Source: Paecilomyces variotii
Lineage: Eukaryota
Strand: one strand, 5' to 3'
Assembly (NCBI GenBank): GCA_004022145.1
Contig: RCNU01000002.1
Length of the DNA stretch: 64,000 nucleotides
Below the pieces are notes generated by a model. It had not been told where the DNA came from. It was given only the letters and a program-made list of their open reading frames with translations, and made no database searches. How positions within the stretch are numbered: the stretch's first letter is position 1; each line of letters starts with the position of its first letter. Made by a program: the position numbers and the translations under genes. Of the stretch, positions 10,451 to 24,048 are shown in pieces.

Positions 10451-11607
10451 ATGCCTGCGTTCAGCGTAAGTCCATCAAGTTCCTGCCCAGTGCTAAGTTA
10501 TCTATCTGTTTTATCGCAAGCTTTCCCCGCTAGGGCTGCGTATCGCATCGCGCTTTTTTCTTAAGTGTTGCGCCAGCGTTTGTACTGTACATTGTCGATA
10601 TACATGATCGCTTGAGCTATCATCATACTCCATCATCGCAATCCCACCTCTGACTCTCACTTTACTGTATAGCGCCTCGTTCGCTTCCTTGCCAAGGACG
10701 GCCACATCTATTATGGCGACGCCATTCTCCCCTCTGGAACCACCGACATCGCCAAAACGACCAAGGCGCGCGTGATCCAAGGTGATATCTTCGGCCAGCA
10801 CTTCGTAACCGACCGGGTCGCAGAAGTCAAGACCCTCCTGGCACCTCTGGCTCGAGATGATGTCAAGACCGTGCGCTGTCTGGGTTTGAACTACGAGCAG
10901 CACGCGAAGGAGTCCAATATGCCCGCTCCCAAATACCCCGTCGTGTTCTTCAAGCCCGTTACATCGCTGTCTGGTCCGACGGATGAGATTCCCGTTGGAC
11001 CTATGGCGCAGGAAGTCGAGGGGGTTGATTACGAGTGCGAGCTGGTTATCGTCATTGGCAAGGAGGCCAAGAATGTCTCCGAGTCCGAGGCTCTGGATTA
11101 CGTCCTGGGCTATGCGGTTGGTGACGATGTCTCCCACCGCGAGTGGCAGATCAAGCGCGGTGGTGGCCAGTGGGCGCTGGGCAAGGGTTTCGATGGCTGG
11201 GCGCCTTGGGGACCCGGTATCGTGTCGTCGGACATCATTCGCAACCCGAACAACCTGCGAATCTCGACCAAGTTGAACGGCAAGACTGTCCAGGACTCGA
11301 CGACTAAGGATATGATCTTTGGCGTCGCCAAGACTGTGTCCTTCCTTTCTCGGGATACTACCTTGGTTCCTGGTGATATTATCTTTACGGGAACGTAAGT
11401 GATCACTCTACACTGTGCTTCCGGAGACTGCAAGGAAAACCTATGGCTGACAATTTTAACAGTCCCCAAGGTGTCGGCATGGGCCGTAAGCCTCAGCTGT
11501 GGTTGAAGGACGGCGACGTGGTCGAAGTGGCTTTGGAGGGCGTTGGAAGCTGCACCAACAGGGTGGAGTTCACCAAGCCCTCGTCCGCTAGAGCTTACAA
11601 GCTGTAG
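10451..11607 (+). CDS. Fumarylacetoacetate hydrolase family protein (FAHD2-like), 3 exons
   Basis: MPAFS|RLVRFLAKDG...CLGLNYEQHAKE...VDYECELVIVIGK...KGFDGWAPWGP...PGDIIFTGT|PQGVG; introns 10466-10672 and about 11395-11462. Confidence 0.92.
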
Positions 11608-11821
11608 ATTCAATCAAGTTTAATATGTCCCTGGGGGACTGCAGCTGCTTGTGGCAGCGCTCAATGTAAATTCGGTCTCTAACCGTGAATTTTGGATACC
11701 ATAAAGTACGCTTCATTATCTTGTCTCATAAGATGTCTCGAGACATTTGGTCTGATATTTTCTGAATTCACAATGACTCCTGGTCGCGTATAAAATTCTT
11801 TGTAACTCCGAATCTCAAGAT

Positions 11822-12741
11822 CTAGACCGTTTGAGTACCGTAGCCCTTGATGCTCTCTGCGAAAGCCCAGCTTTGAGCCTCCAGCTTCTCATCCTGCTTG
11901 AGCTCCACTCCATCCTTCGTAATCACCGCTATCGAGTACTTGTCCAGACTGCGCGCATCCCGATAGAATAGAACCTTCATACACTGCTTCAGTGCGTCCA
12001 CTGCCTGCTCCTTCGTGATGTTCTCAATTGGCATCTCATCCTCCGGGAACAGTCTCCGCAGGATGGGGACAGCCAGGTGAGCACCGAAACCCGTCGCCAG
12101 ATGTGGCGCAGAGAAAGTGGTGCCGAGCAAGTCAGCAGAGCTCAGGAATGGCTTGCCGTCACCGTCAAAGCCGGCCACCAAGATGTGGTTCCAGAGAGGG
12201 TTGAACTCGGAGCGGCGCTTGTAGAGGACCTTGGAAAGGTAGGTGTGAAGGTTCTTGGCGTTGAGGGTGTTGCCGTTGCCGGAGTAGTTCTCTCGAATGT
12301 CGATCGAGTTCAGAAGTCGGTCGATGTACTGCATGTCGGAGACGTCACCGCTGAATCCGATCGCGGCTGAGTCGTTGAAAACACGGATGCGCTTCACATC
12401 CGTAAAACGGGCGAGGGAGCCATAGGAAGCTGTTGAATGTACGTGTTAAAAGCTACCCGTCTCCTGAAGGTTGCATAAACGCTGTTGCGAAGGACATACC
12501 CAGATTATCAGTTGCAAGGGCAACACCACCGTTGAACTTGACACCAACCACTGACGTTCCCGTCACTGCGGGAGACTGGGTATGTGTCTTGGGGACGGTC
12601 GTCTGCAGGTAAGAGTGGTCATATGGGCCGTAGACATCGTTTCTGGGCTTTACGAATGCTGTTAGCTCTAATCGATCGCAGCCAGGCGATTTGTAGCAGC
12701 AGGGAACTCACACGACCCCAGGCCTCTGGGAAGTGGTTCAT
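11822..12741 (-). CDS. PRE4: 20S proteasome subunit beta-7, 3 exons
   Basis: MNHFPEAWGR|...TQSPAVTGTSVVGVKFNGGVALATDNL|ASYGSLARFTDVKR...GDVSDMQYI...NPLWNHILVAG...LFYRDARS. Confidence 0.96.
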
Positions 12742-13261
12742 GACGAATGATCTGGAGGAGATGGTATGTAGCGGGGAAGGGCAGAGGACTGTGGCAGATC
12801 CCTGGTGTTCTCGGTTATGGAGGTTGAGAACCAAGAGATATTCGTGTAGGAAAGGAGGATATTGGCGGCGTTGAGGGCAAAAGGTTGATAAGGTCGTGAC
12901 GGACGTAGCTCCAGCTAGGCAGGAGAGCTGACGGAGCTCGGGCTGGGCCATGGCATCAACTTCCGCCCGCGCGTCTGTGAGCCGCGCTTAGCGAGCAGCC
13001 CCCGCCTCAACAAGAGCCATCATCAAGAAGTATGCAAATTCTTGTAATAAATATGCAATAGTAAATATTTATTTTTGTTTGGTTGTATTTATAGATGCAA
13101 TCATGGATTGGACACTCCGAGGATGTGGTATATAGCTTGTGCTACCTGTAATTCTCTACATGGTAAATTTCATTTCCATAACGCCAAACGCAGACCCGTG
13201 CCCATTTTAAGCCATACCCAAAGCCAATGCGTAAAGAAAACGAATGACCATTGTTAGGAGA

Positions 13262-14245
13262 TCATCTTGAGCGTGAGCGTTTTCGCCTGCCCGCTGGCGA
13301 CCTTGAATGGCTTCTTTTTGAACCAGACTCTCCTCCCCGTGGCGGGCGAGAGGCTGTCTGATCATTATGATCTCGACTCAATCCACTCATGACTCTTTCG
13401 GCCAGACTAGTCTTTCCTCTTCCGCTAGATGGCGTGCCTCCACGACTGGAACCCGATGGCGTCCCACCAGAGACGAACTCGATGGATTCTCTCTGCCCTG
13501 CCGCTTTCTTTTCCTCCAGTGCCCTTCGAATTTCCTGCTGGCTTTTCAAAAGCTCCTCCTTGTATCCCCACGCCGGCAACGCAGACGGATCCCAGATATC
13601 GAGGGGAAGAGACGTCGCATATTGCCCCTGTTCATCGATTCCCACATGCTGTCGTAGCTTGGTGAGAAGACTGGGATTCTTCAGGGATGATGACGAGGCT
13701 AATTTCTCATTGAAATGGATCCCTTGCTTCTTCAAGTCAAGAAAATGGGCGAACTTTTTGTTTGCGACAGGATCCGGCGATCCAGGTGGTGAGGGTGGTA
13801 TGTCGAGATTGGGCACAGGAGGTAGAGTGAGGTCTTGGATTAGGGCGCGAGTTGTCGAGAATGGAGAGGACTGCCTTGAGCGAGGACGGTCTGGAGGAGG
13901 GCTAGGTGCGCTCTGAGGTTGAAATGGTCCGACAACAGGACCAGTAGGCTCCGCGACGGTGGGCGGAGGTTCAACGGCGGGTTCGGGTGCAAGAGCAGCT
14001 GTAGGAGCTAGAATGTTTTAATCACTGAGACCGTAAAATGCTTACGCAGGACATACCTTGAGAAACAGCGAGCTGTTGGACAGGGGGCTGTTCCTTAGGC
14101 GCCTCCTAAAAGAAACATTCAGCCAAGCTTCTAACATAACAAAACAGCGCATGGACGAAAAGAACTATACCTTCACCTTTGGCTGAGGGGCCGTGACTAG
14201 CGCCTCATCCTCGCTGCTACTCTCATACGCCCCAAGACCAAGCAT
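13262..14245 (-). CDS. HCNGP-like / SAP30-binding protein family, 3 exons
   Basis: Starts MLGLGAYESSSEDE; core IPPSPPGSPDP...KFAHFLDLKKQGIHFNEKLASSSSLKNPSLL; C-terminal RS tail. Confidence 0.82.
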
Positions 14246-14986
14246 TGTGGGTAGCCAGATGCGCCTGTCGCCAGAGACAGAACTGTCAGTCTCCCAACGA
14301 GATCATGGAGTTGCTTGAATGCTTAGATAACAGCTCTGGGGTCGAGACGTGTGGAGTACTAGTTATAATCACCTTGCCGCGGCCACAGCTCTTTTTAGCG
14401 CTCTGGGTCGGAACTCCGCTAACGCTAAATCGCCCATCTCTAGCCAACAACAGCATAAGACAGTGGGAAATGTTGTCTGCCTGTCATGCCAGAAATAACA
14501 GTCTTGGAATATGCTCTCAACGAGAGCAATTGACAATGACTATTTCTGAGATATGGTTTGTAAATCTCAAATACTTGTCGATTTACGAAGTGTATCATCA
14601 ATCGCGATCTAGTGACGTATTCTACATAGCGTGGCTCGCGACACAAATTGAGAATCTTGACGAGAATGACAGAAGCAAGCTATACATATATCGATTAGGT
14701 AGTGATACATATTCAAGTAGAATAGTTTAACAGAACATGTTTGATTCCGCTAAGGTTCCTGGAACTATATCGATGTAGCCTGAGGCCGCCGTCCAAATTA
14801 TGTAAGCACGAGGCAGCTGTAGCTTCGCGTCACCAACAGAGCTTCCAATGTCCAGCTTCACAGAGCAGCCCTCCAACCATCAGCCTGCTGCTCAAACATA
14901 CGGACCATTCAATCAGTCGTCCAGATTTGACTTCATACTCTCCCGACCATATATCCCCCCCTTATCCACAGAAACGCCGCGCAGAG

Positions 14987-15829
14987 ATGACATCGATGCT
15001 TGACCCGTCTCGTTCTGAGATGATCGGATACTCCTTCGCCCAGTCAGCATCGGCGGGCCACAGACAGCATGGCTTCTACCCGTATGTCTCTGTTACCGCT
15101 CGATTCATACGATAGCTGAAACTGACATGTCCTGGCTACAGATACACCGACAACGGTGGTTCAACGCTAGGTATCACTGGTTCGGACTTCGCCATTCTGG
15201 CAGGCGACACTCGTTCCGTCTCCGGCTACAACATCAACTCTCGTTACGTTCCCAAGGTGTTCAAGATCGGCGGTGACGAGGAGACGGGCGAGGGAGCGAC
15301 GATCCTACTCTCCGTCGTTGGATTCGCAGCCGACGGCAACGCACTGAAGGAACGACTGGATGCGATCGTCAAGATGTACAAATACCAGCACGGCAAGCCC
15401 ATGTCCGTGAAGGCGTGTGCGCAGCGACTGTCGACCATTCTTTACCAGAAGCGATTCTTCCCGTACTACGTGCATGCTATCCTGGCTGGCCTGGATGAGG
15501 AGGGCAGGGGCGCTCTCTACAGTTACGATCCCGTCGGTTCGTATGAGCGTGAGCAGTGCAGAGCGGCTGGTTCGGCGGCTAGTTTGATCATGCCGTTCTT
15601 GGATAATCAGGTTAACTTCAAGAACCAGTATGTGCCTGGTAGCGGGGAGGGTCATGATCTGAAGGCAAGAGAGGCGGAGCCGCTGCCCAGAGCTACTGTC
15701 GAGCAGCTGGTCCGAGATGCGTTTACGAGTGCTGTGGAGAGACATATCGAGGTCGGAGATGGTCTACAGGTGATGGTGATTACGAAGGACGGTATAGAAG
15801 AAATTTACCACCCTCTCAAGAAGGACTAG
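14987..15829 (+). CDS. PRE7: 20S proteasome subunit beta-6, 2 exons
   Basis: HGFYP|YTDNGGSTLGITGSDFAILAGDTR...LYQKRFFPYYVHAILAGLDEEGRGALYSYDPVGSYERE...ERHIEVGDGL...LKKD. Confidence 0.96.
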
Positions 15830-16053
15830 AGAGGAGGAGGAAAGAGACGAATATGCTTGAACGATAGATAATCGATATGTTCATTTCATGAGCCTACTTT
15901 TTGTCCAAATTCGTAATCAGATGGTCTTTCTGTTTTATTCCCTTTTTTCCCGGTTCAGTCTCATTGTAGAAACCATATCCTGCTCGAATCGACTCCCGAA
16001 CGCCTTGCTATGCTGATAAGAGGAAGGGCCAATGAGATCCCACGGGGTATATA

Positions 16054-17017
16054 TCAGAATCGCTCCTTCATGCGCGAAGCCACGGTACGAAGGTTTCCAT
16101 ACACCTTGCCCTATATCAATGTATTAGTGTGTTATAATTTTGTAAGCGGATATGTCAAAATTTACCGGAGGGCTACCCAGAATCAAACTAACAATGGCCT
16201 CCTGCGCCATGTTGATGTTCTTGAAACCGCCCAGGATTCTAATCTTCTGGTCCTGCAGCACGACTGTGGGATCTGTCAGTATGTGAATGCGTAATGCAAT
16301 GGAGCATGATATACTGACCTCTGGTGCGAGTCGCGTTCTCGATCGCAAATTTCGTCTTTCCGTCCTTTCCTGCAATACGTCCGATCGCACGGCCCAAGTG
16401 CTCGCCATTCAGGGAGGCCTTCACGTCCTTGATCTCGAACTCTCGGATATAGAGGTCGTCCAGTCTGAGAAGAGCGATCGCATCATCAACGTCGAACGAC
16501 AGGCAGAAAGCCTTCACGAAATCTTCACCCTTCTGCAGCGCACCGGTGTCCGTAGTAAACTTCGACGTTCGCAGCTCGACAGCACGGTTCTTGATGTTCA
16601 TTCGCACTTGCAGCTTCAGGTGCTCGACCAATGGAGGGTAGATCTTGGGCCAGTATGTCTTGAGAGGAGTCATGCGGTGTGGTGGCACAGGGACCTTCCG
16701 GGTCTCAACGCGATAAGCCTGGTTGACATCCTTTGCGGGCGTAAAGACGGGGCGGCCTTCTTCGTCGATGCGCATCTCACTGTCTTCAGCAGAGTCCGTC
16801 TGGGGCGCGGGGTTGGGCACATCAGGGGCCGCCGTGGTGGCATCGATCAAGACATCGTCCTCATCTATTGAGCGGAGTGAGCATTTTCTCCGATCAAATT
16901 AAATTGATATAAGATATGTATTGTACAGTACATACCTTGAATGGGCTGGGGCAGGGTCGATGCTTCAGCCTGCGCAATTTCTTCCGGGCGCCTTTGAAGA
17001 GCTGTCGGCGCAGGCAT
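16054..17017 (-). CDS. PNO1: Pre-rRNA processing KH-domain protein Pno1/Dim2, 4 exons
   Basis: RKVPVPPHRMTPLK...GEHLGRAIGRIAGKDGKTKFAIENATRTR|VVLQDQKIRILGGF...LILGSPP|GKVYGNLRTVASRMKERF. Confidence 0.96.
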
Positions 17018-17354
17018 CTTGACTGGAAACAATGCGTCGACAGAATAGTTATCTGTTCGGTGTTGAAGAGGGGTCGGCGTCTGTCGCTATTAAATTTTAT
17101 CGCCCGCGATAGTTCAGACGGAGCGGCAGGAAATGTGGGTTGCCATAATCGGGCTGCAAACAGGACAAACCGGATGAAATCATGGCTAGGCCGTTTCTAG
17201 GGTCGAACGGGTTAGAACTTTACGAAGTCTCGGCTTGTCTTGTCTGTCTCTTCCACCTCGAGCCTTCAGTCCCTTTGGGTTTTCTTTGTTTAGGGATGCT
17301 GCGGTCCCTTTGTCGTCTAGCTGTTAACTAGGTGCTCCGCCATGTGACGGAATA

Positions 17355-19630
17355 ATGCCCGGAAATCTAGGACGCAGGCTTTACGCCAACCTCTGGGAAG
17401 CGGCGAGCCCGGTCTTTGGCCAACGTCTTCGAACGAGTCATAACCCTTCGACTTTTAATACTGGAGCCTTTAACGACACTTTCCATGCTTTCTTCACGAA
17501 AAATGGGCCCAAGAAGCTTCCTCCTCGAGCGCAGATCACCCGGAGATTTGCGTCCGGTGGCTTCCTGGTTATTGGAGCCTCACCAAGCTCGGGGACAGCT
17601 GTAGAGACAGGAGCAACATGTGTGATGGCACCGGAGAAGATCATGTGTCATGGTGGTACTCGCTATTTCGATGGAAAGATCTCCGGTAATCTATCGCGGA
17701 ATATTTGGAGGCGAAGTTTACATACGTCAAAAAGCCAACCCTCAAGTACAGAGGCGGCGAAGTCTCAAACTAGCCCAGTGAACGAGCAGGCAAATAGAGA
17801 AAACCAGAAACGGATTGGGGAACAAATTCAGTCTCGAGAGTCGAAGACGTCCGATTCCATCGAGCAGCATATACCTCCTACTCCGCTGAACAAGAATCTC
17901 AGAGACCGTCTGCCACACCTTCCACAGCTTCATCGGCCAACGAAAGAGGAATTACTGGCCGCGGCAACCGGATTCTGGTCGCGGCTCAAAGTACGGTTTA
18001 AATGGTTCTCAATTAGAAGTGTTAGACCTTTTAATTTCGATGAGATTGCTGCACTCTTCTCGTGGGTCCTGCTGGGGCACATTATCTGGGTTGTCGTCGG
18101 TACAACGACTTTCTTCTCTCTAGTCATTCTCGCTATAAACACCGTTCTTGCACAAGGTATATTCCTTGCCACTGGCTCCTGAGCTATTGCTAACATCTTC
18201 AGAAACACTTGCCGGATGGATCGGTAACTACCTGACCAAATCTTCCGGTGTGAAAGTCGTATTCGAGTCCGCTATTGTACCCAAGTGGAGGGATGGTGTG
18301 ATCACGTTCAAGAACGTCTTTGTATCGAGACGACCAGGACAAGGAGCCGGCAATGTCAGTAAAGGATCACCGAAGACCGCGGCCGCAGCCGCCGCAGCTG
18401 CTGCCATGAGTGAGCGAACACACAACGATGGATCAGGTTCACAAGATACAGTGAGCGCTGAAGAAGATGATGGAAATTATACGCAATTCGACCTTTCGAT
18501 TGATACAGTCAATGTGACATTGTCATTCACCAAGTGGTTCAATGGGAAAGGCCTCTTGCGCGACGTCGAAGTAAAAGGTATCCGAGGTGTTGTTGACCGC
18601 ACCCACGTTCATTGGTCTGATGACGATCTGGACCCGAAATCTTATCGGCACGAGCATAACCCCGGAGACTTTGAGATCGACTCGTTCAAAATGGAAGACC
18701 TCCTGGTGACCGTCCACCAGCCCAACAACTTCCGGCCCTTCTCGGTCAGCATATACTCATGCGATCTGCCCCAGTTACGGAAGCAGTGGCTGTTCTACGA
18801 CTTCATGTCGTGTAATATGATGTCTGGATCGTTTGATAATTCTCTATTTACGATCCACCCTCGTCAGACCCACAGCTACACCGGTGCTCAGCTGAACGAT
18901 GGTATCGAAGAGAACGGGAAGCCAAATCCATGGAAAAAGCATAGCCGCATTCGGGTCGACGCCTTGAACATTGACCACTTAAACCGTGGGGTCCAAGGTC
19001 CCTTCTCCTGGATCCACGAGGGAACAGTCGATATCGTCGCTGATATCATGTTTCCGGCAGACAACAACGAAAGCCTTGCAAAGGTCATGTCTGATTTCTA
19101 CGAGCGTCTAGAAGCAACGGTCACGTCGAACCAGTACCAGCCTTTCCCGGACGAACACCGAGATGGCATTCAAGCGAGGGACACGGAGAATGAAGATGAC
19201 CGACGATTCTTAGTGGCGGATCTGCGGATCCATCTGAACAACGTTCGAGCTGTGGTTCCTTTGTTCACTCGCGATCTGTCTTACATCAACAATGCTCTCA
19301 TCCGCCCCATTGTAGCATATATAAATTCCAGGCACACTTTCATTCCAGTGAACTGCCGGGTGGTCAAACGTGTCAGCGACTTTGACGGCAGCTGGACTAT
19401 CTTTGATAGTGGCCTTATGGACGATCTTTCTGCAGCGGTAAGTTTCACGGTTCTGCGGCGTTAGTTTGCCACGATGCTAATCCTTTTTTTATTTACAGGT
19501 GTATGATGCCTTTGCGCGAGATGTCGCTGATGAGCAGGCCCGCAGACGGCGCTTCAAGAAAGTCGGCTTCTGGTCGCTTCAGCTTGCCGCTCAAGCCATA
19601 TTTATGGGCATGGCTGGCAATATCGCATAG
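17355..19630 (+). CDS. MDM31: Mitochondrial distribution and morphology protein Mdm31/Mdm32, 3 exons
   Basis: HRPTKEELLAAATGFWSRLKVRFKWFSIRS, VVFESAIVPKW, YSCDLPQLRKQWLFYDF, IDHLNRGVQGPFSWI; ends KKVGFWSLQLAAQAIFMGMAGNIA*. Confidence 0.93.
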
Positions 19631-20189
19631 ATTTCACCACTTTTTGTTTTTGGTTTCCAGGGTTGTATGATGGAGTACAGAGCCGAACTTGGCCGGCGGG
19701 TTGTCTCAATTTTCTCTCGCGGCGTTTGATTAAAAGTTCACTGAAGTGATAGGTATCTGGCCTCCCTTCGCTTGTGTTAATAGTTTTAGATGATGTCCAA
19801 GCTCTTCCACCTGCTTCTACGAGGACATGGTGTCTCTTCTCATTGATTTGTATAGAAATGATTAATGAGAACATGAGTGAAAACTACGCAGATGAGCGTT
19901 CTTTTGGATAACTCCAATCATGATAACTAGTCTATCTGCAGTAAGCCAATAGCTGTGATAATGATTCTATAATAATTCTATAGTAATTCTATAATCGCTA
20001 TCTAAACTCTCCCACAGTCTAGTTCCTCACATGCGGGATCGGACCACGGAGAAACCATTCCCCCGACCCACCCACACAAACGGGAACCGAAGCGAGCGAG
20101 CACACTCCCAAAATTGTGTCTCCGCCCAGCGAACCTCACCACCACCTGCAACCCATCGCGAACTTCGGAAGCCTCGCACCACAGACACA

Positions 20190-20945
20190 ATGGCGAAGCG
20201 CACTACGAGTAAGGAACCCGTTGGATCCGAATTATTGTTATTTAGGGAATGACATTTTTGCTAATGTGATTTATAGAGGTCGGTATTACCGGCAAGTACG
20301 GCACGAGGTATGAATGAATCCAATCCAATCCAATCCGAACAAAATCGATCCAGAACGATGAATTGCGATCGATGCATACTCGAACAACGGAGAATAAAGA
20401 AGAATGGAAAGAGTCCTAACATGATAATTTTTGTTTTTCAGATACGGTGCCTCTCTCCGTAAGCAGGTCAAGCGTATGGAAATCTCGCAGCACGCCCGCT
20501 ACACCTGGTACGTTGAATCAAACACCCAGCGATGATATCCCGGATGGAAAAGAAGAAAATTACGAATCCCTCGAAGAAACAAAACGAAGAAAAGAGGAGG
20601 ACAACATGACAACGGGGAATCGGGGAATTACAAGAACAACAGCAAGCTGACGAGGGTTATCTTAACAGCACTTTCTGCGGTCGTAACACCGTCCGCCGTA
20701 CTGCCGTCGGTATCTGGCACTGCTCTGGCTGCAAGAAGACCATGACCGGTGGTGCTTACTCTCTCGCGTAAGTTTTTCACTGCCCGCAAGATTCGATTTC
20801 AACAAAAAAAAAAAAAAAAAGAAACCACCCACCACGAAGAAACGAATTTTCCTAACATAATTTCTTTTCAAAAAAATACAGTACCCCCGCCGCTTCTGCC
20901 GTCCGCTCTACTCTGCGCCGTCTCCGTGAGATCGTTGAAGTCTAA
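20190..20945 (+). CDS. RPL43: 60S ribosomal protein eL43 (L37a), 5 exons; not visible in the ORF track
   Basis: Spliced product [93 protein letters not shown]4 zinc finger. Confidence 0.96.
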
Positions 20946-21778
20946 ATGATGATGGAACGGCTTTGATGGTTGGCAAACGCACCGAATAAGGAAAGAGGGA
21001 GTGTGGGCACAAAAATCCTGGCGTTTTATTTCATGTTCCGGTTGCAACAAGGGCTAGGTTTATAAAGTTTCTTTTTTTCTACACCCACTTCGGGGAGATA
21101 TGAGACTTCCGCGAAGGTCGAGGGAACAGAATAAAGAATATCTTTTGCAAATGATAAGTCAACCAGGAAACAAAAAGACACAAATAAAATGAATGAAACC
21201 ACTTCATCAACACCAGATGTCCTTTGCCCTTTTTCTTTTTCTTTCTGCCCTTGTTCGACTGGGGTGGACAGTTCGGTCGATTCCGCGGCTTGTGACTCGT
21301 AGCTGCTCGAAGTCCCATTATGAATTTGACATTCGAATATATCCTATTAGTCATGCCCTATGTCGCTTTCCTTTCATCGTAAGACATTATGGAGTAATAT
21401 AAAGTCTTACGGTATCTGGCACGTAGAACGTCTCAACAAGTAAGCAGAAAGTAAAGACAAATGCAGTCAGAAAAGCAAGCTGGATGTATCTGGACTCGAT
21501 CAAGGTAGGTACATTTCGACAATGAAAGGAAAAGACGGAATAATGTCCAATTTGTACGCCCACGCTTTCTTTTAAGAGCATGAAATCAATAGTTTCCGAT
21601 TATACAGACTCAAAGCTAATCAATTCGTAATCAATGCATAACACCATCTGGATCATTTCCGTGATTTTATTCCACCATCATATGGTCCGCGCGTTCGGCT
21701 CAATGTAATGGACTGTATTCCCAAAATCCATGGACAACCGCCCGGTAAGACGCCCCCAAACGTCATTGTTAAGCGGCT

Positions 21779-24048
21779 CTAGAGTGCAACTCCCCAGAAG
21801 CCTTTGCCGCCACAGACGCCTAGCCAGTCCCGGTGGTGTCCGGCGCTGGTGGCACCGCCTGCAGGCGACCAGCTGAGGTTGGACACTTCATAATCGCACT
21901 GCCATGCGAAGGCTGGACCGCGTTCTGTCGTGGACGGCGAGCCCGAGGAGTGCAAGTTGGGCGAGACAGACGCGGCATTGTGCTGGTTCAGAAGGTCCCA
22001 CACAAGGACTAGACAATCGTCTGCTCCAGAGGCCAGAGTCCCACGTCGAGAAGGCGACCATTCGATGCAATTTATGGAGGCGGAATGGCCCTTGAGCTCC
22101 AGAAGAGCTTGCCCGGGCTGCCGAACATCTAGCACCCGGATAACATTGGAATCTGAGGAGAAGGTAGCGAGTAAATGTGCATCATGCGGCGAAGCTGGGG
22201 CCAACAATCAGTTATCATCACTACAAGAGTGAGGGTATGAAACGTACCTGCGATTCGCAGAAGTGGAGGTGGCCAGATCGACTGCTGATGGGGCGTAGAC
22301 GGGCTAGAATTGCCAGGGCTCATAACTGTAACTTGTCAGTCATAGGACACGCACTGACGTTCTCTGAGACAACTCACGTTTATCGGTCTTCTCACTCGGC
22401 TCGTAGATAATAGTACTGTGCTCCAGACTTCGGAGATCGAACATACGAACACTGCCATCTGCACCACAACTGACAAACACATCGACGCTATTGGCACAAA
22501 ACCTGACGTCGTATACTTCCTTGTCATGGGCAATCAGTTGCGTCTTCGCAGTCAGAGTCGGTATATCCCAGATCGTGCAGGTAGTATCGATACTGGAGGT
22601 AATGATCAGACTAGGTGAGATCGTGTTCCAATCTAGCGCAGTGATGGGAGCTGTATGTTCCGGAGACTTCGAGTTCGAGAGAAGAGCGAGAGGGGACAGT
22701 TTCGCTGGCGGATTTTCTCTGTGGTTGGAGGGACGAGTGATGGAATTGGATGTCTGTAAGGTCTGAGAGCTTGGTAGAGACCACAGGCGCAAGTGATCAC
22801 CCGACGTTGCTAACAAGTCCGTGGACTGCTTCTGTGACGATGGAGGTTCCCACAAGATCCTCGTCACGGGATACGAATGGGTAGCTTCTGCCGTCTTCAC
22901 ATATTCCAATTTCACATCCCCAGGCACTACATCTGGCGTATCGGGATCGGGCTGTGTCCTGTGCGCATCGATGATTTGGATCTTGCAGATCGTTAGTCTC
23001 AGGCTGCAGAGTCCACAGTGGGGTCTCATACGTAGTTATGGCTGTCTTCCAGATGGCTTCCTAGCGCAATTTTACCTGTAAAAGAGCCTGTCGTGGACAT
23101 GGGCCACTTGCACCAATCGACCGCATATATAGGCCACGGCGCGACATAGTTGCTATTCGTTGGTATCTGTGGCTCTCCATTATATGTATTCGCCGTCGGG
23201 CTCATGGTGATATCCGCTAGCACTGAATCCTTGGTCGGCCGTATATCTGCCAACCCCAAGGGCGAGTATTTCGCTCCCTGCGGTGTGTGAGGTGGATATC
23301 CAGTGCTTGGGGTTGAGGCGTATTTCGTATTGTCAGGAGTGTGCCCATATTGCTTGTAGGTCGGTTGCTCGAACCCCGCGGGGCTGGACCTCGAATGCCC
23401 GTGCGAATTGATCGTCAAGGGGCGTGAGGAAGCAGTGGAAGACTGAGTCTGTGTCGATATCTGCGGCAGCGTTGGAAGGGCTGACGGTGCCGTGTTCATG
23501 GAAAGCGCAGGTGGTCGGTTGGTATTGCCTGGCTGTAGAGCTCCTGGCAGCGTATTGTTGCTGCTGCCACCGTACTGAGGGACGGTCTGCTGGACGTTGA
23601 TGGCAGGAGGATTAGTACTGCTGCCAGAATCCGTAACATAGCCCTGGTTAGCCTGCTGGCGAGGATTTGTCGCGCTCAGAGGGTTCGCAGAGCCCGGGAT
23701 ATGAAGCTCCTCTGGCTGACGTCCGAAAGCGGCACTTCGACGAGCAGCAGGGTCGAACGACTGCGCTGAGTTCGCCATGGTCGAAGGGCGCTGCGACGTG
23801 GCGCTCCCCGTGTCGGAATTCCTCCTGGGCACCGTATATCGTCGCCCACTGTTCGACCCAGTAGACTCGGGAGGTAGAAGATGAGCGTCAGCCGTCGTGC
23901 TATTTGGGTTCCCGCTGCGAAGGCTGCCCACGGGAGCTCCCACAGCGCCTAGTGTCTGCGCGGCTTGGTATATCCCACCCAGGGCTCCGTGCAAATTGGC
24001 CTCAGCATCATGCGTATCGGAAGAATGGTGATGCCCGTAGAAAGGCAT
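21779..24048 (-). CDS. WD40 protein of the DCAF7/AN11/YPL247C family with long disordered N-terminus, 4 exons
   Basis: APWPIYAVDW; HSYPVTRILWEP...DLLATSGDHLRLW...APITALDWN...TSSIDTTCTIWDI...KTQLIAHDKEVYDVRF...GADGSVRMFDLRSLEHSTIIYE. The start may instead be the internal Met of MANSAQ. Confidence 0.92.

Noticed and set aside
20508..20670. Possible intronic C/D snoRNA in RPL43 intron 3
   Set aside because: No exact RUGAUGA box C, and the CTGA is the branch point (gctgac)
22200..22250. Possible stwintron in the last WD40 intron (internal TAG)
   Set aside because: The internal unit would be about 27 nt, and its removal does not create a consensus donor
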